DNA of 63,779 nt, the filler included, from Nemertoderma westbladi (lineage: Eukaryota; Animalia; Xenacoelomorpha), in NCBI GenBank assembly GCA_032718475.1. It is 3 parts of 3 records of this genome, joined end to end, with 100 filler letters (N's around TTAATTAATTAA, not from the genome) between each part and the next. Parts side by side here need not be neighbours in the genome. Positions count along the whole stretch, not along the records: positions 22,831 to 46,780 come from JAUCBJ010008060.1; positions 46,881 to 63,779 come from JAUCBJ010006415.1; 1 more part is not named here. One strand, given 5' to 3'. A program made the position numbers and the translations under genes. Each line of letters starts with the position of its first letter. Positions within the stretch are counted from its first letter, which is position 1. Under the pieces are notes generated by a model, which was not told the DNA's origin, made no database searches, and saw nothing but the letters and a program-made list of their open reading frames with translations. Shown in pieces: positions 38,047 through 50,312 of the stretch.

Positions 38047-41000
38047 ATGGATTTATTGGGTTGTTGTTCAATAGCAAATGAAATGTCAACGATTCATGCA
38101 AAAATAGAGGAAACCTGTAGTGGACATCGCGAAAGCAAATGGTATGTGTTTCTCTTGTCATCACTAGTACCGTTTCTGTCCCTGCTGTCGATTACGGTAA
38201 TTATAAAAATAGGCAAATCAATTATTAAATGCAACAAACCAAAACATCGACCACATCGTAAAAAAAGATCCGTAAATTTGGTCATTGTGGTGAGAGACTG
38301 GTCGGGATCGTTATTATGCGCTAAAACCTTTTGTGGGAAGTTGCTCATTGTTCTACTAAACATCGCCGCTGCTATACAATTTATTATTTTCCTCATGTAC
38401 ACTGACAAGGACCTTGAATATTGCTTTGGGGAGGATGATGGGAATCGTAGGTTATTCGGGTATGATGTTGTATTCCTCATAGAATGTGTTTTGTCAGTTT
38501 ATTTCCTTTTCCACTTCTGCCTCAGGTTAATGGCAGCGAATAATAAACTTTCATTTCTTCTTGGTATTTCTTCTATAGTGGAGTTTTGTACTCTTCCACC
38601 ACTGATAACGAGCGCAATTCTACAGCGTCATTACATAGGATTGCGGTGTATGCGTGCTGGAACCCTGCTAAGTTTACCGGAGTGCCTCCAACATTTAGGA
38701 ATCCTCAAGTCTTCAAAAATATCAAAGCTTCTCCACTTGGCGACATTATTACTATGTCTTTGGTTAGGAGTCGCAGGACTAATTCATTTAATTGAAAATT
38801 CTGGAGATTTTTGGCGGGATTTTAGCAACCCACAATCAATTACCTATCTTGATAGTTTCTATATGCTAATGGTCACTATGTCAACGGTTGGCTATGGTGA
38901 TGAGGCACCAAAGACCAGTACTGGTCGAGTTGTGGATATGTTTTTTATTCTTGGTGGTCTAGCTGCTTTTGCAAACTGTGTGCCTGAAATGTTGGACATT
39001 ATCAGTAGCAGAAACAAATACGGTGGGAACTATATGTGTGAAAGGGGAAGGAAATTTATTGTGCTGTGTGGACACGTTACCTTTGATAGTGTTTATGCGT
39101 TTACCAAAGACTTCCTCCATAAGGACAGGAATATAGAAGACGTTGAAATAGTAGTGCTTAGTCACCATGAACCGAACGCCCAAATGGAAGCCTTGCTCAA
39201 ACACCATTTTAGTCAATTGCATTATTTTCGAGGAACTCCGATGATTTCCAATGATTTAATACGAGTTCAAATAACTAGGGCAGATTCCTGTCTAATTCTA
39301 GCCGATAAATATTCAAATGATCCTGATGCTGAAGATGCTGCCAACATTATGCGCGTTATAGCCTTCAAGAATTTCGATCCTAATATTAGAGTTATAACGC
39401 AGCTGATGACATATCGGACAAAAAGTCTCCTTCTCAATATTCCTTCTTGGAATGAAGGGAATGGCGACGCCGCTGTTTGTTTAAGTGAACTTAAATTAGG
39501 GCTCATTGCTCAATCCTGTCTGGCTCCCGGATTCTCTACATTAATGGCCAATCTATTTTCGGTCAAGGGCATTCCCCCCTATTCCGCAATAAGTGATTCA
39601 TGGTTGTCTACGTATGTTAGAGGAGCCGCTTTAGATATGTACAACGAAACTATCAGCGATGCTTTTGTAGGTATGACATTCTTTCATGCATCGGAATTCA
39701 TATTTAACAATCTGCATCTCCTGTTGTTTGCGATTCATGAGGAGGAAGGTACCCATCACTCTTCATTCAAATCTTGTGCCAGTGTTACATCAATGAAAGA
39801 AGGGGTGGCGAGGAAGGAGATTTTGATAAATCCAAGTGACTACATCATTATAAATGAATGCAAGGGATTTTTTATGTCAAATTCATGGAGCGAGGTAAAG
39901 CGGGTGAGGCATTACTGCCACGCCTGTCATCAAGGTAAGGATCCTAATGAAATACGCGCGTGTGGTTGTGCTATAGTGACACGCATTGTGGATTCGACTG
40001 AGAAGAGTGAATGTCTAGGTCCACCACCGAACGATCTCCCGCAGGATCCCGTTTCAACGAGAAGTAATACTTATGAATATGACATCACAGGAATGTTTCA
40101 TTGGTGCCACAAACAAGATCTCCGTGATTGTTTAATTCCGGACAGAATAGAAGCCGCTAAAAGGAACCTAGAGGACCATATTATAGTTTGTGTGTTTGCA
40201 CAGAAACGTGGAGAACATATTGGCCTTCACAATTTTGTCATGCCATTGCGTTCGAGCAATCTACTTTACGAAGAATTAAAAACAATTGTATTTTTTGGTA
40301 ATATAGACTTCCTTTCGCAAGAGTGGGAAGAATTATCCACGTTTCCTTTGCTACTGATTATGGGTGGGGATCCGAAGAATCGATCTGATCTTCGCGCTCT
40401 GAACATCGAAAAGAGTGATATGGTAGTGATTTTGAGCGGACATAAACTTGTTAGTCAAGATGGAAAGGGTCATTCTGATCAAGACTCTTTAATAGCGACT
40501 TTAAATATTAAGGCTATGAATTTCAACAATTCCCAGAATAGTGACTTCAAGAGATTGCCAAGTAAAAGATTTTCGAGTAAAAGGATCTTTGTTGAAAGTT
40601 CAACCACCGTCAATTACCTTCCTGCTTCCGATATACCCACTTTTCTTGTTCCTTCAAAGAGGTCGTTTTGTACCTCAGGGAACGATATACCCATGATAGC
40701 GGAACTGGTGTTTGATAAGTCGGCGGAATTTATAGATCAAGATGACTTGGATATCGAGGACTTGGAGTTATACATGACACAACCGTTTGCCTGCGGCACA
40801 TGTTTTACAGTCAGTGTTCTTGATTCAATTATGACGATGGTTTACCTCAATCGGCATTTTCTGGAATTACTCAGAACGTTGGTAACTGGAGGCGTGACCT
40901 CGGAGTTAGAGAGAAGTGTAGCAGAAGGAGGCGGCGTTATGGGAGGTTGTCCGAAGGATGTAGTCTCCCGTGTAAGAAACCGTGTGAGGTTAGCACAAAT

Positions 41001-41238
41001 CTATATGAAAGAAATGCCCACCCATTTTGTTGATGGTCAATACGGCCAAGTGTTCCTCTATACATTACGAAATTTTCGGATTCTGTGTTTCGGCATCTCC
41101 AGGTTGCGAGACATAACCTTGGAAGAGTCAGTTCGCTCTAAGAAACGATTTTGCATACCAGCACCTCCTTTTGATGAAATCGTTCGAGAAAGTGATATAA
41201 TTTATACCTTCTCACCTCACAAGATGATGATAACATGA
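38047..41238 (+). CDS. Slo1/BK-family calcium-activated potassium channel alpha subunit, divergent, intron-free CDS
   Basis: S0 WYVFLLSSL; pore TMSTVGYGD; S6 FFILGGLA; RCK1 IVLCGHVT, KDFLHKDR, DAEDAANIMRVI, ELKLGLIAQSCLAPGFSTLMANLF; CHACH; YDITGMFHWC; NFVMPLRSSN; Ca-bowl DQDDLDIED; YMTQPFACG. Confidence 0.95.
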   Translation: MDLLGCCSIANEMSTIHAKIEETCSGHRESKWYVFLLSSLVPFLSLLSITVIIKIGKSIIKCNKPKHRPHRKKRSVNLVIVVRDWSGSLLCAKTFCGKLLIVLLNIAAAIQFIIFLMYTDKDLEYCFGEDDGNRRLFGYDVVFLIECVLSVYFLFHFCLRLMAANNKLSFLLGISSIVEFCTLPPLITSAILQRHYIGLRCMRAGTLLSLPECLQHLGILKSSKISKLLHLATLLLCLWLGVAGLIHLIENSGDFWRDFSNPQSITYLDSFYMLMVTMSTVGYGDEAPKTSTGRVVDMFFILGGLAAFANCVPEMLDIISSRNKYGGNYMCERGRKFIVLCGHVTFDSVYAFTKDFLHKDRNIEDVEIVVLSHHEPNAQMEALLKHHFSQLHYFRGTPMISNDLIRVQITRADSCLILADKYSNDPDAEDAANIMRVIAFKNFDPNIRVITQLMTYRTKSLLLNIPSWNEGNGDAAVCLSELKLGLIAQSCLAPGFSTLMANLFSVKGIPPYSAISDSWLSTYVRGAALDMYNETISDAFVGMTFFHASEFIFNNLHLLLFAIHEEEGTHHSSFKSCASVTSMKEGVARKEILINPSDYIIINECKGFFMSNSWSEVKRVRHYCHACHQGKDPNEIRACGCAIVTRIVDSTEKSECLGPPPNDLPQDPVSTRSNTYEYDITGMFHWCHKQDLRDCLIPDRIEAAKRNLEDHIIVCVFAQKRGEHIGLHNFVMPLRSSNLLYEELKTIVFFGNIDFLSQEWEELSTFPLLLIMGGDPKNRSDLRALNIEKSDMVVILSGHKLVSQDGKGHSDQDSLIATLNIKAMNFNNSQNSDFKRLPSKRFSSKRIFVESSTTVNYLPASDIPTFLVPSKRSFCTSGNDIPMIAELVFDKSAEFIDQDDLDIEDLELYMTQPFACGTCFTVSVLDSIMTMVYLNRHFLELLRTLVTGGVTSELERSVAEGGGVMGGCPKDVVSRVRNRVRLAQIYMKEMPTHFVDGQYGQVFLYTLRNFRILCFGISRLRDITLEESVRSKKRFCIPAPPFDEIVRESDIIYTFSPHKMMIT

Positions 41239-41554
41239 ACCCACGAGGGCGGTTCATAATATTTATGGGATTTATTCAACTTTATAAATGGTGATCTTAC
41301 AATGCGGATTAAATTTACACCAGAGACTGGGTAGTCGTGGGGATAATCTCTTATCAATGATACTGATCGTACGTACAGTCTATGTTAGTTTGTTACAAAC
41401 GATATTAAATTAATTTAATTTAACCGAGAAAATCTTTAATACATATAATTAGTTATTGCAGGGAAGCAATCTGGAGACCGATGCGAAATGTGTGGGTACA
41501 TTTTATGCCCCTCTGCACTACTGGGTGGAAAAATGGGCGGCTGGGGAAAATGAC

Positions 41555-41848
41555 ATAATAATAATAACATTTATGTTAGTCATTGCAGGCGCACTTATCC
41601 AGGTTCCCATTATAGCGCTGGGTTGGCGTAGGCAATAATGTCTTCAGTAAAATGAGAGTTTCATAATGTTTCCGCACTTCTAAATTTATTAAATAAACCG
41701 ACTCGTTGGTTATCGTTTCCATAATGTCCAAAGTGTCTTGCCTAGGGACACAACAGTGCGAATTTTCTACAGCCTTTCGTCGGATTTGAACCTGCGCTGC
41801 TAAACACTTGCGAAAGCGGTTCTGGGGCCATATCCACTCGGACACTGG
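41555..41848 (-). mobile_element. tRNA-derived SINE with a CORE-like segment and (ATT)n tail
   Basis: Minus strand: A-box TGTCCGAGTGG, B-box GGTTCAAATCC, then CACTGTTGTGTCCCTAGGCAAGACACTT, ending TTATTATTAT. Confidence 0.7.
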
Positions 41849-41859
41849 AAGGTGGGTTG

Positions 41860-42507
41860 CTGTGATAGAATTGATGGGGGTAGGTAGGTTTTTAGGGCTG
41901 GGTGGGAATGTGGAAAAGTGAGTGAATGTGTTGGGAGGGGGGGGGAGGGGGGGGGGGGTTGTTGGTGAGCAAACTGGGTAGGAAGGAAGGTGGAGGTGGG
42001 ATGGTGCCAGCGGGATGTGGGAGGGAGGATAGTGGGAGGGTTGGAGAAGGGAAGTAGGTAGGAAGATAGGTGGATGGGAAGGTGGGAGGGTGGGAAGATG
42101 GGTGAACCAGAATCGTAACGTGGTTGGCAGGTTTGGAAGGGGTGGGAGGGTTTTTTGGTTAGAAGTTGGATGGGTAGTGGTGAGAAGGAGGGGGGGGGGG
42201 GGGGGGGGGGGGTCAGTAGGTGGCTTAGACTGAGTTGGTGGTGGATTTGAGTTTAAAGTTGGTAGGTTGGATGGTTGGTGAGGTAGGTGGGATGGTTGGT
42301 GAGGTAGGTTGGATGGTTGGTGAGGTAGGTGGGATGGTTGGTGAGGTAGGTTGGATGGTTGGTGAGGTAGGTGGGATGGTTGGTGAGGTAGGTTGGATGG
42401 TTGGTGAGGTAGGTGGGATGGTTGGTGAGGTAGGTTGGATGGTTGGTGAGTTAGGTGGGATGGTTGGTGAGGTAGGTTGGATGGTTGGTGAGGTAGGTGG
42501 GATGGGA
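41860..42507. repeat. G-rich low-complexity region and 21-bp tandem repeat (GGTTGGTGAGGTAGGT(G/T)GGAT)n
   Basis: Regular repeat at 42260-42507; the G/T variant alternates between copies. Confidence 0.9.
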
Positions 42508-42679
42508 TGAAATCTGACAAGACGACTTTAACCGTTAAGACATATCCGGCGAGTTACACAGTATTCCCAATCAGTACATTATGTTATCCAGACCTTTGAT
42601 AGGATTGGTATTTTGAACGCAACTTGATAACTTGAACCCCACAAACAATAAACGAATTAGTACTTGTAAGGGTTATAAG

Positions 42680-43960
42680 ATAGACTACTACTATTATGAC
42701 CAGCATGCTGCATTGCAGCTGAATTATATATATATTACATATAATATTAAGAATGCTGTGCCGGCTCCTGTCGACAAAATTGCGCCGCCACAACTCCCTC
42801 TCACCCATGACATTTGCTTGATCATCCGCATCTTCAAGGCCAGTTTCCTTTAAGATGCGTCTCAAGGAAGTCATGGGCTGTCCACCACGCTACCATGTCC
42901 TCCATGTCCACCTATGTCACTCCATGAGGCTGCCAAAGTACAAGATTATGCACTGGCTGGTCCTCACGGCGAAAGCAATGTCCCGCAAAGCGGAGGCGGC
43001 TTTGTTCTAGTGTCAAGCTTGGGGAACCAATGAGATGCCTCCAATGTTATATAGTGTGTGGTTGGAGATGTGTGCATTGCAGCTCTCCCAGCCAAAAAAA
43101 AATGATGAAAAAAGGAAAACAAATTAAAAAAAAAAAAAGGATAGCATGCAGTGTAAAAAAAGGACAAAAATGATCGGAAACGGTTTAAAAAAGGGAAAAA
43201 CTGAATGGATATTATCTATAAAAAAAAAAGGATAGTAAACATTATTTCATTAACCTTATAGGCCTATTACGAAACGTCATTGTTTTAAATGACAGGAAGA
43301 GATCAAAGTAAGTTAAAAAATAGAAACACAGAAAGAGAACAACCACGGCAATGGCAATATAATTAACAGAACATACATTATCAATGAAATAAGAACTGTT
43401 TAAAAACTATTACGAAATTTTCACCATTTTTGCCTTGTTATCAGTGATGGTTCAGCTCGGCCGGTTGATGGTCATTGATAGAGCTTTATCAAACGCTTGT
43501 AATTAGAACTTTAGTTTGAAAGTGATTTAAAAACTTCGGTACGGATTTCCGCCGGTTGTGGCTACATTTATATAAAAACAAAAATACTTCTAGACCCAAT
43601 CAAAGTCCAACCATCTCCAGGGGATAACGGATGCAAATAACAGCTGATTACGAAATAATCGGACTTTAAGTTTCTGATGAATTCTATGTGACTTCCAAAT
43701 CCTGGAAAGCCCATTCAAGGCTGCCCAGTGCCATTCCCTTACGTATTCGAAGTTCCTCACCTGACTTCGGGATCCATGATACCAGGTAACAGAAGTCGTC
43801 CCATGATCAAGTATACCATCCGTGAGTTTATGCTCATCCATCCGGCCAGAGACGTGCTGAGGACTTTCGAAGTTAACTGTCAAAATTTTAGTCTTTCTGG
43901 AGTTAATAATAAGACCAACACGATAAGAAGCAGCCTGTTCCAATGAGCTGAGGAACCGTT
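42680..43960 (-). mobile_element. Degenerate RTE-like LINE copy split by an unrelated insertion (~43081-43650)
   Basis: 42750-43080 and 43650-43960 align by eye with 18900-19205 and 19330-19632, with frameshifts. Confidence 0.8.
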
Positions 43961-44672
43961 GGGCCCATGTGAAGAATACCAGACTTTGTGCCGTTATATT
44001 TCACTTTGCAGTTACCCCCATGTGAAGAATACCAGGTTTTTACAAAAAACACAGGTTACAGAAGGGCTGAATCTAACCAAAACAATAAACGAATTAGTAT
44101 ATGTGCAGGTTATAAGGTTTTTTTTTTTTTTTTAACGTATATTAATCCAAATAAATGGAGCAATTGGGCAACAAGCTCTAAAGCTTATAAATGCCCTCTT
44201 GCCGATTAATTACATATTTATGTTTATTGCACCACAGACACAGATAAATGTTAAATGAAACAAAAACACACTTTGTTATCCACTATACGTGATACACATC
44301 ACACACACCAAACGCACCACACGTACGGTTATAAGGTTATAAGAAATAAGCGCTATAAAACACTTAATAAAGATATATTAAAAAAAATGAAAAATCTTCA
44401 TATATAAAATTCCAATTAAGATTCGACCGAAAAGTGAAATCCTGGTATTCTTCACATGGACAGGGCCGCTTTAACGCCTGAATTACTGCAGTAGTAGGCA
44501 GCTAGGGGTCCCGGGTTGAAAGGGGCCCACAAATTTGTGAAGTGTGAATGTGTATTGCAAAATACAAAGCCTTAAAAAAAAGCCCCACCCGGCACCCAAT
44601 TTCCATTTTATATCACAACTGCAAAGTGAAATATAACGGCACAAAGTTATTCAAAGTATTCTTCACATGGGC
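43961..44672. mobile_element. MITE of the GCCCATGTGAAGAATAC family with extra inserts
   Basis: Near-identical to 15-287; inverted termini at ~44441-44459 and ~44655-44672. Confidence 0.75.
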
Positions 44673-46131
44673 CCATTTATTTATTTATTTATTTGGCTGT
44701 TCAAAAAATATTTATATCTTACATATAGCACCAATTACCAATCATAGACAGATAAGACCATGCCTGATTAGAGAATACCATTGAAACGAAATAGAAGGAC
44801 CCTTAATGGTAGGCAACTGATAACAAAAGCCAATCTCATAAATGTTCATTCCAGAACATGTAAATATTTAATACGAGGTGAACCAGAAGTCGAGAGATAT
44901 GCTATGGGTAACATTTATTGTGTTAATTTCTCACCTTGACTCGGCTTCCCAGCTCGACTGGGCCGTCTACTGGGCAGCTAGCCAGGCAACCAATAGGGTG
45001 AAGGTGAGTTTGTTATAAAGATTCTCTGGCTCGCTACATAGCTGTCTGGGGGCATGTTAGGTTAGGTAGTCCAGTGGAGGTCAATGTGATGTTCAGAGAA
45101 AGGGCTTACTTCAATAACAATACACCATAATAATTATAATAATAAATGTTGTATTTTTTTTCCCTTGGTGTGCTTTGGTACGTTATTTATGGGTATGTTA
45201 ATTGCTCATAATCGTATTGTGCATAATTATTATATTGTTAATAATATTTTAATAATTATTTTATTAACTTATTTTAATCACTGTGCCGTATCTTTATGAC
45301 AGTATAATTTTTTTTGTTACTTTCTTTTTGTAGAATAAAATCACGTAAAATCTCACAGTGTCCCATAGAATGTTAAATAATATTTAAAGTGTTTAAAGCA
45401 AAGCATTATAATACATATATAAAGTTGAGTGAAAATAATGCAAGGGTCTCATTTCGAAGTATACAGTAATAAATAGTAAATTATTCCCGTATACAATTAA
45501 TATTTTTCAGTGTTTCAATCTTGAAAGTTATTTTGAAATATTTATCTTATTTACCGTTAATCTGTAAACCCATAACCCGAAATCCGTTCATTCTGTGTTG
45601 ACCGTATTTACATTTCTTTAGAAATAGATTTATCTGAAGTCATTCACGAGTTATGTAGTCACAAGGCTAGGAAAATGCTTTAAATTTGTGTTTATGTAAT
45701 TGTTATGTCTAATTGATTTACCAATATATTTTTCAAATTTATATCACATTTCCACATTATTTCCCAGTATGTCATTTCGCCACATGTGTACGATGTCAGT
45801 ATGTCTATTTATGCCTAAATATATAAATGACATCTTAGGATGGTGTAATCTTAGGAACAAAATTAATATCTGAAAAAATGGATTTGGGGCCGACCTTTAG
45901 GAAGGCCTACATTCAAAAGCAACTATGTGGAATTTCGTAACAAGGTGAATTTTTTATGGGGGGGGGGGGGGGGGGGGGGGGGGCAAAGGCAAATGGACAA
46001 TAAATTCGTCTTTGTGTCTCACCAAACCAAACAAAATGGCTGCAAGCCACGACCTCTGGAACCAGAGACTGGTGGGACTAAATAAGTTTATAACCTGGGT
46101 GGTGGGTCTAAATAAGTTTATAACCTGGTAA

Positions 46132-46392
46132 GGCACGTGCTCCACTGGTACGTCGTAAGTCATGAGTCAAAATAATGGGAGGGTCTCCACAGGTCAGTCA
46201 TAAACTTGTGACCCATAAGTCGAAAGTGATTTATGTCCCATGTTACATCTTTTGACTTACGACTCATGACCTATGCGCAGCCCATGTGAGGCATGCCAGG
46301 ATTGGTCACGTTGCGGTCGACTTGTGATTGACGCATCTTATATATCGAATGATTTTCGATCTTTTTACTTTATCTCTAGTGGAGCACGGGCC
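46132..46392. mobile_element. PIF/Harbinger-type MITE
   Basis: TIR GGCACGTGCTCCACT / AGTGGAGCACGGGCC flanked by TAA and TTA. Confidence 0.6.
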
Positions 46393-46780
46393 TTATAGAC
46401 AGCTGAGGGTACTTTGGCTGGCGTTATATATCCTGTACAGTATACTAATGTCGGCTATTGTTTTGGTTAGATTCAGCCCTTCTGTAACCTAGTGTCTTTG
46501 CTGAAGACTAACTCAGAAATGTGTGAGCTGGTTCTTTTCTGTGATTCTTCACATGGGGCTAACTGCTTAGTGAAAGATAACGGCAGAATGTCTGGTATAT
46601 CTTCACATGGGCCAATTAAATGTCGACCGAAAAGCGAATACCGGTATTCTTCACATGTGCGGTGCCTTTCCCGCCCATATTAAAACTAGGTTTTCACTTT
46701 TCGGTCGAACACCAGGTTTTCACTAATAACCCAGGTAACTGATGGACTGAATTAAGATTGAATCTATGGGCGTATGTAGA

Positions 46781-46880
46781 NNNNNNNNNNNNNNNNNNNN
46801 NNNNNNNNNNNNNNNNNNNNNNNNTTAATTAATTAANNNNNNNNNNNNNNNNNNNNNNNNNNNNNNNNNNNNNNNNNNNN
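46781..46880. other. Assembly gap / artificial contig linker
   Basis: N run containing TTAATTAATTAA. Confidence 0.98.
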
Positions 46881-48368
46881 ATCAGGATAATATTATATAT
46901 ATGTAAAGGTGGCACTTTGCTGCCATGGGGGTTAAGTTATAATTACAGTATTTAAAGGCGGCATTATGAGCATTGTCATGAATTATGAACACGAGTACGT
47001 GTCGTGACAATACGTGTGATGAACTCGTACCGTGTTGGTACGCAAAGTGTTAAAGGCAAATACAGTAGGTCTATGATACAGTTGATGAAGTTAGTAACGT
47101 TGTAGCAGGACGATCTAGCTGGTTTTCTGCTCTTGTATCTGGGTCAGTACAAAACGAAGACGAAGGACGTACAAAACTAAGAGGTAAAGTAGCGTTAGGT
47201 CCCAAAGAGCGTTAGGTCTCATTGGCATTTAAAGGAGCAGGTTAGTAAAGGAGCAGGTTACATAGTCATAGTTGGGGGAACCAAAACAATAAACGAAAGT
47301 TATCACATGTGTTTCGTACAGGTCTTAAGTTTTTGGGTCTTGTGTATTTGTTTTGTACTCACCCTTTTGTATTTATTATTGCGCGCTTGTAGCAAATTCT
47401 TATTGCCAATCTGTTGTTCTATGTACTAATACCGTTGTGGACACCTAAGAGTCTATAGATCGGATTAGAGACCAAGTTTATTTTGCAAATTTTTTGACAA
47501 TAATGCATTACGTGCTACGAGATGGGGGAGGCATGATTATACGAGATAGGGTGTTAAAAGATTGGATGTTACGATATGGAATAAAACGAAATATTACAAT
47601 AATCCTTTTCTCCTATTTCGTGAAGCAATGATTCAAATTTCTAATGCTCTGCTGCTGTACATTCAATATAGAAGAAATGTAGAATTCACAGCTCTGAACA
47701 AGTACATTTGTTGGGTGAATTCTTAGCCCGCGAGTGTTCTTAGCCCGCCAGTTAGTAAAGGAGTATGTTAGCAAAGGAGCAGGTTTCAGAGGAGTATTGG
47801 GGGAACCAAAACAATAAACGTTATTGTTTCGCGGGCTAAGGATACCCATGGGTTAAGAATGCAAGACTAAGAATACCCACGGGCTAGGAATACTCGCATG
47901 CTAAGAATTCCTGAGACCGTACATTTACAAAGAAATTGAGCCTGGAAATTCCTTTATCGACCACCTTATAATAAAAATATAATAAGAATAATTTCCCATT
48001 CATCATTCATATAATTTGTTCAACAACTTATACAATTAAAAATTAGTGATATTCGATGTTTCATTAAAAGCACTATAATATAACATCGCGATCTTAAATA
48101 TTCCAATTTGTTATTCCCCTCAATTATACAAGTTATATGATGTTTCCAGACACCAAGTTGTGCCTACAATCAAAGAAACTTAATATCAATAAATAACCAA
48201 AGACGAAAAAGCAATATCACACTCCCTCACATTCCCCTCACATTATACACCACACCCCCTAGTGGTAGCACAGGAATTAATGTCACCACAATTTTCAAAT
48301 AATCAGTCCCACTGAAAGGGCACAACTCTGAGCAAATAGTGCGTCGGCACAACTAGCAATCGGCTATC

Positions 48369-48455
<87 letters not shown>
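48369..48455. repeat. (GA)n microsatellite
   Basis: Directly visible; another at 54255-54317. Confidence 0.98.
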
Positions 48456-49511
48456 TTATTTGCATGGAGCCCTACTGTTACCTCCCAGTGCCAGACTAGC
48501 CCTCGGACTACCGATTCTGATTCACAACAAGCCCTCCAGTGACATTAGGCCCTACGGTTACAGGTAATGATAGGGCGCAAGCCCTATGGTACCTATTGTG
48601 GCCCTATAGCTACTTGTGATATTTATAGCTTTTCATTGGCTGTTAGTTATATTATTGGTGTACTGATACTATATATTCAGACCATGCTGCTGCTCATTGT
48701 TAGTTATGTATTTGTAATATTTTAGCATTTTTGTACTTAATCGAGTATTAATTCTGTTTTGTGTTTAGACATTTATCCAATTACAATACAATACAAGTTA
48801 CAATGTTCTATTACTGCACCTGTACTTATCTCCCTAGCTTGCTAATCACTAGGCTAATTATTGTGAGTTAAACGTAGGCCTACAATCATATCGTTTCATA
48901 TTTCGTCACCCATCGCCATCATATGTTTTGTTGCAGCGACCAGTTTTTGCAAATCTCGCTATCTTCTACCATTGTTTCCATTTCATTAGTCAGCCCCCCC
49001 CCCCCCCCCCCCTATATGTTATTTGTTTTTTGTAACGTTCCCAGAATCCGCCAGCATTTGTTCTTACGCCCCTGTTTGTTTCACTTGTCTTATATTATCG
49101 AAATTTAGGCCTATTTTCTTGTTATCTGTCAAGTACAGTGGGTACTGTTATTAGGACCTCGTTAAGTAATTTTTGTTTGTCAGTTGTCTGTTTGTCAAAC
49201 TTGGATATCATATTGCTGTATTGTGTCAATAAAACACATAGGCCTACATACTGTACACAGCCATAAAGAAGTACATAAATTCTGATCGCAAACAAATTTA
49301 CAGTGCCGGTACGGGTACATACAAAATATTGTATTCCAAATTTAGACAGTACTGGACTTCATACACCAAATTTATTTAAGGATAAGGGTAGGTTTATATT
49401 TGTTTGTTTTAGGCTTATAATTATTGGACCAATCAAGGTTTAATCTAACACTTTACATGTTTAGACCTACATACAGTTTTCATCTACGTAATTCCGAGTT
49501 GTCATATCACA

Positions 49512-50312
49512 ATGTCGTCTAAAAAAGAGGTGGACGAATTCATAAAGTCTAAGGAATCCGGCGCTATCCTATCGGCTATAGATAACCTGACAGAGGACTA
49601 CCCTGTTAACTCACCATGGGCCCTATGGCAAATGCAAGCGTATCTAATGGCGGCGATAATGCTCCCAAACGGTGTTAGACCTTGCAATATTACTGATATG
49701 ACAGTACAACATGTTGAAAAGAGGAAGCACATTGAGTTTGACAAGACAATTATTAGAATTCCACATCATAAGACTTCTGCTACTTTCGGAGGCCAGGATT
49801 TGGTTATGAGTCGGGCGATATATTATGCCCTGAAGAAGTGGTGCTACTATGGGCGTGGTTTATACTCGAAAGAGAAAATAATTATCGACAATGTGTTCAC
49901 GACAACTCTCGGAAAAGAAATGGATAATGTTTCACGTCAAGTCCAACGGTTATGGAAACATACAAGTAACAAGCAACGGGTCACCGCTTCTCAATCCCAG
50001 CCGCTGGTTAACGTCCCCATGGTTACCGCTTCTCAATCCCAGCCGCTGGTTAACGTCCCCATGGTTACCGCTTCTCAATCCCAGCCGCTGGTTAACGTCC
50101 CCATGGTTACCGCTTCTCAATCCCAGCCGCCGCTGGTTTACGTCCCCATGGTTACCGCTTCTCAATACCAGCCGCTGGTTAACGTCCCCATGGTTACCGC
50201 TTCTCAATACCAGCCGCTGGTTTACGTTCCCATGGTTACCGCTTCTCAATACCAGCCGCTGGTTAACGTTCCCATGGTTACCGGTTCTCAATCACAATCG
50301 CTTGATATATGA
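49512..50312 (+). pseudogene. Tyrosine recombinase (Crypton-like / integrase fold) fragment whose C-terminus is replaced by a 39-bp tandem repeat
   Basis: NGVRPCNITDMT (first catalytic Arg region), IRIPHHKTSATFG (catalytic Lys), NVFTTTLG. The second Arg, His and Tyr motifs are absent; (VTASQSQPLVNVPM-like)x~8 begins at 49980. Confidence 0.65.

Noticed and set aside
41576-42520. 314-aa Pro/His-rich ORF
   Set aside because: It spans a 21-bp repeat, low-complexity DNA and a SINE, and has no recognisable domain.
22731-46880. A ribosome-biogenesis / nuclear-transport cluster (BOP1, SDA1, RCC1) and ROCO-LINE adjacency
   Set aside because: The genes lie on three different contigs joined by artificial N linkers, so physical linkage is not shown.
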